A stretch of 64,000 nt of DNA, taken from Octopus sinensis (Eukaryota). The translations under genes and the position numbers were made by a program. Location: assembly GCF_006345805.1 (NCBI RefSeq), contig NC_042997.1:167648001-167712000 (forward strand), read 5' to 3'. Shown piece after piece: positions 12,708 through 25,559 of the stretch (position 1 is its first letter; each line of letters opens with the position of its first letter). Below the pieces are notes generated by a model that searched no databases, was not told the origin of the DNA, and worked only from the letters and a program-made list of their open reading frames with translations.

Positions 12708-12922
12708 GTGTATATATGGATTTCATAGGCAGAAACTGAAAGAAATCAATCGTATATATATGTAAGTGCATGTGTGCGTCTTTGTCTCTGTGTTTCGCCC
12801 TCATCACTGCTTCACAACTGCTGTTCGTTTATTTACTTCCCCATAACTTACTGGTTTGACAAGAAGAAACTGATAATTCTCCAATTGCATATAACACGGG
12901 CAACGCTGGGTGTCTCTGCTAG
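11204..12922. mobile_element. Helitron remnant bounded by two outward-facing 3' termini
   Basis: 49-bp inverted arms 11204-11252 and 12874-12922 end in hairpin+CTAG|T; decayed PIF1-like C-terminus (SQ...FYAQL...RV) at ~12100-12233. Confidence 0.6.
12288..12612 (+). mobile_element. tRNA-derived SINE; its 3' part is repeated at ~12716-12873
   Basis: A-box tggctgtgtga, B-box ggttcagtccc; body as in 30592-30952. Confidence 0.75.
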
Positions 12923-13149
12923 TGTATATATATATATGTGTGTGTATGTATGTATATATGTATGTATGCCTGTATCTATGTGAAATAATAGTTTCACTTT
13001 AATAGTTTCAGTATTAAAGTGAAACTACTAAAGTGAAAGTATCTGACACTACATTAGAGAGATGTTATTGTTTCACTTTTGAAATAGTGGAGAAGATATG
13101 ATATTGCTGTGGGCTCACACTAAGGCAAGAAGTTAATAATTGTTTTGGC

Positions 13150-13378
13150 CTATGACACTACATGCATCCTAAGTAAGGCATGTGTAAAATTTGAATGAAA
13201 TTGGTTGTGTAGTTCTCAAGATTTAGGGATTCACAAGCAAACAGACAGACACACATTCTCATCTTTATATATAAAGATGAGAATGTGTGTCTGTGTGAAT
13301 CCCTAAAACTTGAGAACTACACAACCAATTTCATTCAATTTTACACATGCCTTACTTAGGGTCCATGTAGTGTCATAG
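13150..13378. repeat. Spacerless palindrome of two head-to-head Helitron-like 5' ends
   Basis: Centre cattctcatctttata|tataaagatgagaatg at 13269/13270; arms about 110-120 bp. Confidence 0.9.
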
Positions 13379-13739
13379 CTTGCCTTCAGCTGCCCTTTTG
13401 GACCCTGTTGTGTCCACTACTCTGATTGGTTGGTATTGGCACAATTTGTCTCTTGCTCTATTAGATGCCAATGTGCAACCCAACCAATCACAGCCTTCTG
13501 ATAAGGTTCCATGACAGCATCTTTTCTAAACTTCAGTTGCGCCGATAGAATGGTATAAAGCTAGTTTCAACACCGTATTTTGTCTTTTGGTTCTAGACTT
13601 TCTAACTACTGACCACAGAGCACACAACCAGTCCCAGCGACCAGCAGCCACATGGAGAAATATAAACACTTTGTCCAGCAGCATCAGGACCGCCATCTCT
13701 GTCGCCTCTGTCTTCATGTCAACAACATCTCTCTACATA

Positions 13740-14261
13740 CATCATCATCATCATCATTGTTTGACCATGGTCGTGACAATGGAATTTACCATGCTACGCC
13801 AGACTTCACAGTCCATCATGGCATTACGGAGGTCCTGTTGCTGGATGCCTGTATCCCTGGAGATTACATCAGGGTAGGAGAGTGTGTGTCCTCTGGCATT
13901 GCAAGTAGATGGCTTCCAGAGGAGGAGAGTAGAAATTACCTCTTTTTCAGCTCTACAACAATGTCCAGCAACTGGACTCTCCTACCTTTCACAAGAGATG
14001 ACACAGGTGGTAGTTTCCCATATATTTGCATTTTGGTTGGATGGCGCTTCCACAAGAGATTTTGAGCTCTCATAAGGAGGCAAGTGTAGGTTCCATCCAA
14101 CCGCCTCTCAAGCTTCTTTGATAACGTCCAGGTTTCTGAGCCATATAGTAGAATTGGTTCGACTGTGGCTTTGAAGATTTCAAGTTTGAAGTCTTTACTT
14201 AGATTTGATGACCAGATCTTATACATGTCATTACAGGCTGACCAGGCCATACCCTTTCTAG
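13740..14261 (-). mobile_element. RTE-clade LINE 3' fragment (different family from 10349)
   Basis: KIWSSNLSKDFKLEIFKATVEPILLYGSETWTLSKKLERRLDGTYT; (GAT)n tail at 13740-13757. Confidence 0.88.
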
Positions 14262-15387
14262 CTTGTTGTTGTTTAAGTGTTATCATTACTGACAGCTTGT
14301 TGTTGTTTCTCTTCTGTAAGCTAACCATTTTCAATGACCACTCAAAGGATAGTTTTAGCTCTATCTCTTAGAATTTCGTTAAGTAAATTACTCGCTTCTC
14401 CCCTTGCTTAATTCCGACCGTCCCTTGTTTGCTGTGCGCCCGCCCTCACCCACCACCAATACCAGATATCTCTCTATTCTCTCCCTTTCTCTTTCTTATC
14501 TCTTTTCTTCTCTTTTTCTATCTCCCTCCCTTGGCTCTATGAAATGAAGTGAAGCAAAAAGCTATTAGGCTGCCCTTGTCAGGTCAGGTCTGATGTATGC
14601 AGCATTGGATCCTACTACTGGTAAACTGTAAACCAGTACAACCTGTGTCAGTAGGGTAGAAAGGGCTCCTTAGCCATAGTGAAGGCAATCTATCTAGGGA
14701 GATAACCTTACAGTAAATCACTCGGTCCGGTCTCTACGTACACAGCAACTCACCAGGTTCTATCTCTTCACTGTTTGTGAATTACTTCACAATGGCTAAC
14801 AGCAAACACAACCTGTGAGAACCTTCTGTACCAAGTAACCCAGCAGCAGCATTGTAGCCTCAACTTCACACACATGTGCCTCAACCGGCTCTGCTTCTTC
14901 GCCTCAATTTCTTGTTACAGCACTTCATCTATTGTGTACCTTACTACGAACTGGTATTAATCTTCCTTGTGTCAGAACATTATTTTAACGTCCTGTTATG
15001 GACTCTTTCAATGCTCTGTATTTAATGCACACACATACACATTATGTATTCATGACGGCCTGTCTATTGTTATTATTATATATGGACTTATGATGCACAC
15101 ACATTAACACATAACTAAATCTTCTCTTAACATTCAGTTGGTTGTGTCGTCTCTTTTCCTTCTGGCACTCATACTCATTTATACATTTCGTATTTTATTG
15201 TAATTGACCGTACAATGCATTAAAGGAGCCATTCATCATCACCTCTCCTTTTGCGCGGTCATTCTACAAGTGAAACACTAACATTTCTCTATTGTAATGT
15301 CAGATACTTTCACTTTAATACTGAAACTATTAAAGTGAAACTATTATCTCACATGTATACAGGCATACATACATATATATATATATA

Positions 15388-15918
15388 TCATCATCATCGT
15401 TTAACGTCTGTTTTCCATGCTAGCATGGGTTGGACGGTTCGACCGGGATCTGGGAAGCCAAGCCAGAAGGCTGCACCAGGCTCCAGTCTGATCTGGCAGT
15501 GTTTCTACAGCTGGATGCCCTTCCTAATGCCAACCACTCCGTGAGTGTAGTGGGTGCTTTTTACATGCCACCGGCACGGAAGCCATTCAAGGCGGTGCTG
15601 GCATCAGCCACGTTCGGATAGTGCTTTTTACGTGTCACCGGCATGGAAGCCAGTCAAAGCAGCACTGGCATCGGCCACGTTCGGATGGTACTTTTTACGT
15701 GCCACCGACACAGGGATCACAACTACAATTTCCATTGATTTTTGATGTTGATGTACTTGATTCAATAGGTCTCCTCAAGCACAGGGTCGAAACGGTGTTT
15801 CTTTACTTGCCACCAGTACAGAAGCCAGTCCAGCGGCACTGGCAACTGCCGGGTGCCAGTCATAGGATTGGTTCAATTTCGATTCCGATTTCACTTGCCC
15901 CAACAGGTCTTCACAAGC
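15388..15918 (-). mobile_element. RTE-associated 3' module copy with part of the RTE 3' UTR
   Basis: Conserved body, array units, and tcacttgccccaacaggtcttcacaag shared with the RTE 3' UTR. Confidence 0.85.
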
Positions 15919-15954
15919 ATATATATATATATGTATATGTATGTATATATTTAT

Positions 15955-16279
15955 CTATGCCTGTATATATGTGAGATAATAGTTTCACTTTAATAGTTTC
16001 AGTATTAAAGTGAAACTATTAAAGTGAAAGTATCTGACACTACAATAGAGAGATGTTATTGTTTCACTTTTGACACGTAATATTGAAATAGTGGAGATAT
16101 GATATTGCTGTGGGCTCGCACTAGGCAGGAAGTTAAAAATTGTTTTGGCCTATGACACTACATGGGCCCTAAGTAAGGCATGTGTAAAATTTGAATGAAA
16201 CTGGTTATGTAGTTCTCAAGTTTTAGGGATTTAAACAGACACACAGACAGACACACATTCTCATCTTTATATATATAGA
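15955..16279 (-). mobile_element. Helitron-like 5' fragment (copy of 12960-13269; inverted partial copy at 15268-15370)
   Basis: Minus strand starts A|TCtatatatataaagatgagaatgtgtgtctgtctg; near-identical to 12960-13269. Confidence 0.75.
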
Positions 16280-16436
16280 TTATAACTACAAAGAACAGAA
16301 GATAGCAGACTTATGATCATTATAGGCTATACAGAAAGTACACTGTTGAGTATCTTCGCAACAAAACAAAACTAAGCAATATGAAAAGCCATCTGGAGAC
16401 AGCTTGCTGCTGTTGCAAACTCTGTCAACTACTAAC

Positions 16437-16640
16437 AGCGGTGACTTAGCAGAATCGTTAGCACACGGAGCAAAATGCTGAGCAGCATTTTGTCCATCTT
16501 CACGCTCTGAATTCAAATCCTGCCAAGGTTTACTTAGCCTTTCATCCTTTCAGGTCGATGAAATAAGTACAGGGTTGATGTAATCAACTGTCCCTCTCCC
16601 TCAAAATTTCAGGCCTTGTGCTTATAATAGAAAGGATTAT
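16437..16640 (+). mobile_element. Second SINE family copy
   Basis: ggtgacttagcagaatcgttagcac head; gcctttcatcctttcaggtcgatgaaataagtac. Confidence 0.7.
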
Positions 16641-16866
16641 GCAGAAATCATCCCCAAACAATAGTCAATGAAGAAACCTTTATGAGGTTGCTCGGATTGC
16701 TAGAGATAGCAGTCAAATCTCCTTCAAATTACAACCTCCCATCTTTAAAAAAGGACACACTGGATAAAGTAGTCTGGGGTATATTGTGTTTGAATAAAAG
16801 ATGGAATGGTCATAACTGGAGTGGTTTCGATTATAGGTCTGCTCAATAAAAGCTGATTTTAGGAAA

Positions 16867-17195
16867 TCATCATCATCGTTTAACGTCCGCTTTACATGCT
16901 AGCATGGGTTGGCCGGTTCAACTGGGGTCTGGGAAGCCAGGAGGCTGCACCAGGCCCAGTCTGATCTGGCAGTGTTTCTACAGCTGGATGCCCTTTCTAA
17001 CGCCAACCACTCCGTGAGTGTAGTGGGTGCTTTTTACATGCCACCAGCACAGGTGCCAGATGAGGCTGGCAAACGGCCATGATCGGATGGTGCTTTTTAC
17101 GTGCCATCGGCACGGAGGCCAGTCAGGGCGGCGCTGGCTACAGCCACGTTCGGATGGTTCTCTTACGTGCCACCGGCACTGGTATTACAGCTACA
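16867..17195 (-). mobile_element. RTE-associated 3' module copy
   Basis: Conserved body with 3 array units. Confidence 0.85.
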
Positions 17196-17689
17196 AATGA
17201 AGAACATTAATGCCAAACCACACCCTGAAAACATTATTTTAGCCATCACTCAGTCCAGGACAGAAAAAAAAATGTACACACAAAAATAGCAGTAGCCTCA
17301 ATAAGGTCAGGAACTCCCAAGTGTCTTTGCTAGGTTATAAACTACCAGAGACAACAGCAAATGTCAGGCTTCGTCCACCTTCACTGTGGCAACCTGCCAA
17401 TTCTACAGGTGTACAGGAAGACTGAATAGAAGACGGTAAAAGTGATATAACCAAACTGCAATGCTGTACCCATACAATTAAACCATTGTGTGTTGGAGTG
17501 GATTTTCCTACTTTCCTTTTTTTCAAATTGTTTTAGACATCACAATTAAGGGCATGCTGGAGCACAACTTTAGTGTGTTCTCTCAGCAAAGTGAAAGTAT
17601 ATCTGAACAGGATTTGTGAAGCATTACCTAGTTGTTTGAGTGATTACCTATTTGTTATATGGCTCTTGTATGTGGCAGATGTACTGCAG

Positions 17690-18010
17690 CATACAAACTA
17701 AGAGTACATCAGAAGCAAGTTCTCTTAACTGTTGACAGACTAACTAGAAGTAGTCGTTAGCTTCTGTTATCTAGGTGACATAATAAGTAGGGAAGGTGGT
17801 GGTACAGCAGAAAGAAGAGTGACAGGTTGGGAAAAATTCAGGAAGCTATTACTTCTGATCGTAACAAAGGTTCATCCGTGTCATGGCGAAGGATTGATTG
17901 TATAATGCCTATGTAAGAACTGTGATGCATGGTAGTGAGACATGGGCCTTGAAGGCAGAAGACTAACAAGGACTAGAAAGAAATGGGACAAGCATGCTCT
18001 GATGGATGTA
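17690..18010 (+). mobile_element. Highly decayed RTE RT fragment
   Basis: LEVVVSFCYLGD and gatgcatggtagtgagacatggg (HGSETW-like) remnants. Confidence 0.6.
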
Positions 18011-18189
18011 TATAATAATAGTGCACATAACCCAAACTACATCTCTTCTTTATACACTGTGTTTGTTGCTCCCCACAACTCTTGTAGCCCAACACCACTC
18101 TGTCATTTTTTTCTCCGGTCCTTCTTGCTACCAACTGTATCGTTGCTATCCTGTCACTCCCACATATAATTGTGCTCCACCACTCTTAT

Positions 18190-18418
18190 TTTTTATTGCC
18201 CACAAGGGGCTAAACATAAAGGGGACAAACAAGGACAGACAAAGGGATTAAGTCGATTACATCGACCCCAGTGCGTAACTGGTACTTAATTTATCGACCC
18301 CGAAAGGATGAAAGGCAAAGTCGACTTCGGCGAAATTTGAACTGAGAACGTAATGGCAGATGGAATACTGCTAAGCATTTCACCGGGCGTGCTAAAGTCT
18401 CTGCCAGCTCGCTGCCTT
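18190..18418 (-). mobile_element. Second SINE family, well-preserved copy (Meta/MESC-like central domain)
   Basis: Minus strand gcgagctggcagagac...gtcgactttgcctttcatcctttcggggtcgataaattaagtaccag. Confidence 0.85.
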
Positions 18419-20721
18419 ATCACTGCATCCCTCTTTCCCTTCTCCTCTCTCCCTTTGCACTCTTGTGAACTCCTGGCTCATGCACCCTGACAAAACCTCT
18501 ACCACTCCATTTACATTCACCTTCTTTGTACCTTGAGAGTATGCCCTGACTCATCACCACCATTTTTCTGTCTCTATCTTTCCAACTAGAGTAACCATGT
18601 ATCTCCTGTACAAGACATCTGTTTCTGTCCCACTGTCAAAGTTTAACCTCATCACCTGGCACAAAGCCACCTCTCTCAATATCATTCTCCCTCTCAGTTG
18701 TAGGATCTTTGTCTTGCAAGTTACTTGCTAACCTCGCCAATGTCACATAAAAGCATCCAGCACACTCTGCAAAAGTGGTTCATCATCATCATCATCGTCA
18801 CTGTTTAACGTCCGCTTTCCATGCTAGCATGGGTTGGATGATTTGACTGAGGACTTGTGAACCAGATGGCTGCACCAGGCTCCAATCTGATCAATGTTAA
18901 GAAAAGCATACAACCATAGAATCCATGCTGAAGCAGACAGTAGAGCTTGGCACAATCCTCAGGCTTTCCAGCTCCTATCAAATCATCCAATCCTTGTCAG
19001 CATGGAAGGAGGACATTAAATGATGATAATGGTGAATGCAAGAGTAAAAATGAGCTGAGTGTAGAAAATTGATATAAGAGGAATTGGAGAGAAGGCTGGA
19101 CTGGAATGGGCATGTGATGCATATGGAGGATTTGACTACAGCATCAGGAAGTGTCAAAGTGCTCCAAGATAATGGTAATTTGGAAGTGAGAGAGAGATCA
19201 ACGAAAATTTGGGATAAAGTGGTAAATGCTGACCTGAAGATACTGCATTTTACAGAGATGACAAAGGACTGCACTGACTGGTGAACACAGCACTGCAAAA
19301 GACCCAATTATCCATGGCAAAATGTACCCTGACACAAAGATGTCATTTAGAGGCTGGCATATTTTTATCTTGCTTAGCCTAACTTACTGCTCTTTTTACC
19401 TTGTGTCCTTAAACCCCACACTCTGCCTTCATTTTACCCACTTCTCTTTATCATTTAGAGTCCTCCATCTCTCATTTCCCCACCACCTGTGCAGACTGCA
19501 TCATCCTAAATACTGACTCCTGAGTCTTATGTATAAAAACTACGCAGGCCCACTGTCATCCACCTACTCAATACACTCCAACTTTGCCCTTCTGAACTAT
19601 CAGAATTCACTTTTCCACCTCTGGAGCACTTCTTTTACCACACATTACCAACCTTTGCTTCATCACCCTTGTTTCCTTCTGCTATTGCCAACTATTACCC
19701 TACCGATTCCACCCCAAATAACCCTGCCTTTTCCATCATAGATTTTTTCCTTTCGTTCACCCTTTCTGGTCCTTCTGATGCCATTGTTCTCATTCTTCCC
19801 AATTCCTCACATGGGCCACCTGAGAAAATGTATGTGCCCTAAGTTATTGAGTCCTTCTTACACATAAACACTAATCCCCTACCCCTCGCAACCACATATT
19901 TTTAGCCTTTCTGCTGCCATCAGTTTCTCCATACTTTCAACCTTAAACTACATGTCTTAGGTTGCAGAGCACTCTCTACTTTTGAGATGCAAAAAGGAAT
20001 CTCCGGTGCTGATGCCTTGAGAGAAAATATCCATCAGAACTCCCTGTACATACATTGATTGGTAAGCAAGACAGTCTTTCTAGTATTAGTGCCACAGAAA
20101 ATGCACATTAAAGTGGTTGGCAACTGAACAGAGAAACCATATGGCTGTGAGGTACCTTTAGTTTTCTCTCTACTATTACTGCAATGAAAAAATATGCCCA
20201 GTACAGTGCATAAAGTGGTTGGCAATAGGAAGGGCACCCAACTGTAGAAACTAAGTCAAATGACATGTACAAGTGGCAGTCTATGAGAGAAGCAGCTGTC
20301 AATAAGAAATGAAGATTGTGATGACCTGTTCAACCCATATCAGTATAGAAAGTGATGTAAAAGTGATGATGATATATCATATTAAACACACACACACATG
20401 TATGTTTATATGGCTGTGTACTTAAGAAGTTCACTTTACAGCCTCATGATTTTGGGTTCAGTCCCACTACGCAGCACCATGGACAAGAGTCTTCTACTAT
20501 ACTGTGTTTGTCCCCCTCCACATCACCACCTGACAACAAGTGTTGGTTTGCTTACATCTCTGTAATCTAGCAGTTCAGCAAAAAAGGCTGATAGAACAAG
20601 TGCCAAACTTAAAAAAATAAGTACCAGAGTCGATCCCCTTGACTAAAACTCTTGAAAGCAGTGCTTCAGCATGGTCACAGTCCAATGACTGAAACATGAT
20701 ATATATATATGAACTGGAGAT

Positions 20722-21093
20722 ATGTAAAAAGCACTATCCGAATCATGGCCGATGCCAGCGCCGCCTCGACTGGCTTCCGTGTCGGTGGCACGTAAAAAGC
20801 ACCATCCGAATTATGGCCGAAGCCAGTGCCGCCTCGACTGGTTTCCATGCCGGTGGCACGTAAAATGCACCAATCCGACTGTGACCGATGCCAGCCTCGC
20901 CTGGCACCAGTGTAGGTGACACATAAAAAGCACCCACTACACTCACGGAGTGGTTGGTGTTAGGAAGGGTATCCAGCTGTAGAAACATTGCCAGATAAGA
21001 CCGGAGCCTGGTGCAGCCTTCTGGCTTCCCAGATCCCCGGTCGAACCGTCCAACTCATGCTAGCATGGAGAACGGACGTTAAACGATGATGAT
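20722..21093 (+). mobile_element. RTE-associated 3' module copy (3-4 array units)
   Basis: Array units, conserved body, (GAT)n tail. Confidence 0.85.
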
Positions 21094-21125
21094 GATATAT
21101 ATATATATATGAGCTATCTGAGTGT

Positions 21126-21184
21126 ATTCCACTGATGAAGGCAGAGCATCTTTCATGCAAAGCCAGAAATCTGGGATCTGGAAT
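21126..21184 (+). ncRNA. Type I hammerhead ribozyme-like motif
   Basis: attcca-CTGATGA-a-ggc..gcat ctttc atgc..gcc-a-GAAA-tc tgg ga-TC-tggaat; helix I is a perfect 6 bp, but 10.1/11.1 is an A/A mismatch. Confidence 0.55.
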
Positions 21185-21340
21185 TATCCAGTAATTTTTT
21201 TTGCTAGTTTATTTTCTCTCTTTGTCTTCTCTCCTTGTGCTATATGAACATTTAATGTGGTTTTGGAGTTAAGTTTTTGACTGCTATTTTCAGCATGGTG
21301 GTATCTCTTAGATACCCTAAATTATAATTTTATATATATA

Positions 21341-21860
21341 CTAGCAGTATCGCCCGGCGTTGCTCGGGTTTGTAAGGGAAATAACTATATAAGCATTTTT
21401 AGATTGTTACTTCCTTTATAGATGCCAATTCGGGCTTTCTTAGCCATTTCTGTTTTGGTGTCTTCAAGCCATGAAGTCGTTGTTCTAAAAGAACGCTCGT
21501 CTCCTTGACAATGCATTATGACGTTGATTTCCTTAAACTCCCTTCCCCACAGCTTCACGAGGGAGGGAAGAAGGGGGAGAAGCAAACACAGGTGCAGGTG
21601 TTTGAGCGTGGACGCCAACTCCGCCGCCATCGACACACGAAAAATTATGCATTAAAATGGAATAAAAAATGATGTTAAATTATTTTTAAAATCGTAGACT
21701 CATCGTAGACGCGCGCTAATACTCAGACGGGCTCGATATGAATTACGACTATAAGATACCCGAATTTGGTTAAACTGCACCGCAAAATGTGGGAGGAGTT
21801 AGGAATCTAAATCGTAGGAGACAGACACTCACACAACTACAGTTTTATATATATATATAT
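21341..21860 (-). mobile_element. Non-autonomous Helitron
   Basis: Minus-strand 3' end cccgagcaacgccgggcgatactgCTAG|T; 5' end tatataaaactgtagttgtgtgagtgtctgtc merges into (TA)n. Confidence 0.85.
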
Positions 21861-22035
21861 GTTAGCCACTACACACATTTTTTTCTCTCCGTGTTTTTTT
21901 TGTGTCCCTTTCTGTAGAAGAGCGTAGGCTCGAAATGTAAAAGACTTTTTCTTTTCCTGAGCGCTATACTAATACATCTGTTTGTTTTGTACACCACCAG
22001 TCTTCGTCTTTTGGTTTTTTCATAAACTCTCCCTA
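21861..22035 (+). mobile_element. Penelope pseudo-LTR-like repeat with a minimal hammerhead variant (21908-21943)
   Basis: cttt-CTGTAGA-a-gagc gtag gctc-GAAA-tg-TA-aaag; flanked by (TA)n; a short inverted copy of its end lies at 53523-53566. Confidence 0.6.
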
Positions 22036-23964
22036 TATATATATATATATATATGTATACACACATACAGAGATACATACCAGAACTTTTACCCACAGCA
22101 TGTATCTTTGGTGGATATTTCACTTCACATTTTCGCTGTTTATTTACAAACAGGCAATCTGGATATTCTGTAAACAAAAGAGAAGAATTATTAAAGCTGG
22201 TATTATATTTTTATGCTTTAGTTCTATTTTAACACAGCAACATAATTACTAAGCTTGTTTGAATGTATACATATTGTGAGAGCAAAATATTTCATGGCTA
22301 AATTACTGTTAACCATTCAACCATAACAAGAGTGGAACTCAGGGTGGAAGGCTTTTTATTTTATTAGTTAGTTATTTAGCCCCAGGTCAGTCCTGGTCTA
22401 GCAGATCTGTGATCAAAGGCATGTGAACAGTAACCATCTTGCCTTTTTATGTATAAATATATATGTACATTGTTCAACGTGTCCAATATTTTTTTCTTAA
22501 CCCTTTCATATTCAAATTACTGTTTCAAACATAATGCTTATGTATTCACATCATTTCAAATTAATCCTGGATTATTTCATAGCTGGGAGATTTTAAGTAT
22601 GTGATCGTTTATTTTTAAATATAACTCTGTAGGGTAGGTGTCAAAGGTCAGATATGACCAATTTGGAGATAAAACAGGTAGAATATTTTAGCTAGATATG
22701 ACCAGTTTGAATACTAAAGGGTTGAGTAGGTGTAACTTGAGAGATACATGCTTCCTATTTCTAGTGTCTTGACCAAGCTTGCAGAGAGTTGTTTAGTCCC
22801 AAGTTATACCTGATTGAACAGAACTATGATCACAGGTATTCCAACCATGATAATCCTATCTTTTATAGTTATTCTTGACTACAATATCAAATATCTTCTT
22901 TTATTTAAGATGACAAGGTGTAAGTTGAGGGAGATTTGGCTGCTATTTCTAGCAGGCCGAGTGACTATGTTAGAGGCTGATTCACCGTCTTAGTAGTTAG
23001 TAGTAAGAAGAAATGGAATTAGTGTCTGCAGCACTTTTAAAGCTGCTTAGAATTGAGGTCAGAGAGATAATTTTGGTTTGGTATTATTGACAATATTGGT
23101 TGACGTACAGTCTAAATTTTTTCCAGGAGGTAAAATATAGGCAAGGACCAATGAAACTTGATAGGGCCATTTCAATTTACTAGAAATAGCAACCAAATTC
23201 CCCTCAAACAATACCTTACCATTAAAAAAATGGAAGGAAAACTTCGGTACATTAGACAATAATATATGCTGAAGTTACGATGACATAGTCATGGTCAGAA
23301 AGCAAAACAACAAAGAGAGAATTCCAGATGAGTGCAGTTCTGAGCAGAGTGGATGGAACAGTGAGAAGAGGAGCAGTAGGTGTATTACATATATTTAGGT
23401 AAGAGTTACACAAAATCTGGGAGTTCAGAGGAGCAGATACAGCTCTAGTATCAACAGAAAAGACAGAAAGAGAGAACTTTAAATACAAATTAATTAAGGG
23501 AAATAAATCGATGGTATGGATGAAAACAAATTAAATAGGTATTGATGAACTGAAAGTCATACACATAAAATTCTTGACAGACTGAAATTTCCATCTGACT
23601 TGGAGACAGAAAATAGGTAGTGGAAACTGTGAGAGGCTCAGAAAAAAGAGATAATTTTAAGATAATAGATATATATGTGTGTGCGTGTGTATTTATAGAT
23701 CTCTCTCTCCATATATATATATATAATATATATATATATATGTATGTATGTATACATACAATTGGGTGGTGTAAAATTCCTGGCTTTAAGGGTATCGTAA
23801 ATATTGGAGGCCTAGTCTTCTGAGTTCTACAGGGATTGAAGGACTGCTGCAATAAGTGTGTGACTCTGAGAGGGGGAATGTTCAATAAAATCATAATTAA
23901 ATTATCCTCCTGTGTTTTCTTTTACCCAAAGCCAATAACTTTCCTGTACCTACCCTTGTGTATA

Positions 23965-25010
23965 TCTGCTACATATGTAGAAAATCGGTGCGTTTGTTTG
24001 TGACGTTGTTAGCTAACTCCTCCTACATCATTTTATTGATTTTGATGAAACTTGACATGTGAGTAGAACTCATGTCTGGAAATTGTTGAAAAAAATCGAT
24101 AATACAGCCCCTGGAAGGGATCTTTATATCTACCTCATGTAACTAATTTTTTTTAAACACCTAAGGGAAATAACCCATAGTACCTGCACAGTATATTTTT
24201 AAACACTCAAGGGAAATAACCCATCGCACCTGCACTTACAGTTGTTAGTTTTTAGTGAAACGATCAATATTTGATTCTCATGATCAGCAGACCTAATTCT
24301 GCATTTCACTATTCACAGTTTTCAACTGCTAAACCTTATTATTGCACTTTCTTGATGACTGTACACTTTCAATGTCCATAACTCCAATAATTCTGCATTT
24401 TGCCAGTTAAAATTTTTCGATGACACTACCTAAGTTTTTGATTCCAGAACGTATTTAATAAGTGTGTCCCATTACAATGAACTCATACTTTGAATGCTTA
24501 AAAAATGAAACCAAACTTCCACACCACATTCAGTTGGGACACCCTGTATCACTTATACTTATTTTACAAATCATGATATTTATTGCTTATTTACAGTTCA
24601 TACAACATTTTCATGAAACTAATTGAGCCATCAAATTTAGAAATATTTTAAAGGTTTTATTGTTTATGTTCGAATACTTTGAATATTGATATTTTGTGTG
24701 TCTAATTTCTAATTTTTGCAGACAATATCCCTTTTTTACTTTATTTGATATGTGAGTAGACCTCATGTCTGGAAACCTTGCGACATACTTAGATTGTTGA
24801 AAAAAATCAATAGGGCTCCTCCAATGGATCCTTCTATCTACTACATATTACTAATATTTTATTTAAACAACCCAAGGGAAATAACCCATATCACCTGCAG
24901 TTTTTAGTGAAGTGATCAATATTTGATTCTCATGATCAGCCGACCTAATTTTACATTTCACTACTCAGTTTTCAACTGCTAAACATTATTATTGCACTTC
25001 CTTCATTTGA
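23965..25010 (+). repeat. Helitron-like repeat with an internal ~300-bp duplication (24055-24350 vs 24748-25000)
   Basis: Blocks gtgagtaga-ctcatgtctggaaa, aagggaaataacccat and gatcaatatttgattctcatgatcagc each occur twice. Confidence 0.55.
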
Positions 25011-25559
25011 ATCTTAAACCTTAAAGACTTCATTCATACATTTCTATACGTACATACTTTTTTGAATGCCCATTACTCTGATAATTCTGCATTTTTACAG
25101 TTACACGTTTTCCATGACAATAAATATATTTTTTATTCCACAACATATTTATAATGGCTTCATGCAAGCATAGTGTGGATTCAATCTTCAATTGCCAAAT
25201 TTCACTTAACACTTCAACAGTGCTTTTCTCACAGTAAATCAATAGTTTTTCTGTGAATGACAGCAGTTATACATTTCCGGATGCCTTTACTAAGCAGAAT
25301 TATGTCTTTGGCACTTGACCCTTCTAGCCCAATAAAGGCTGGAATGGAGATAACAGGCCTCCAACGAAATCATTTGTTCTCAACAATATGTCTATCCTTC
25401 TGGCTGTTATTTAATAATTATAAAAACAAGAACCCCGTAAGCTAAAGGCAGTTTCTGAGAGCAACCATCAGTGCATTCTTAAACATTAAACACTTCACTC
25501 ATATATTTATATACATATATACTACATTTATATATTACCATTAATAAATTACCCTTCAT

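Noticed and set aside
13510-13738. Possible host exon (ORF 13587-13877)
   Set aside because: VLDFLT..SSSI..SLY looks like a decayed LINE RT fragment, and the ORF runs into a (CAT)n tail.
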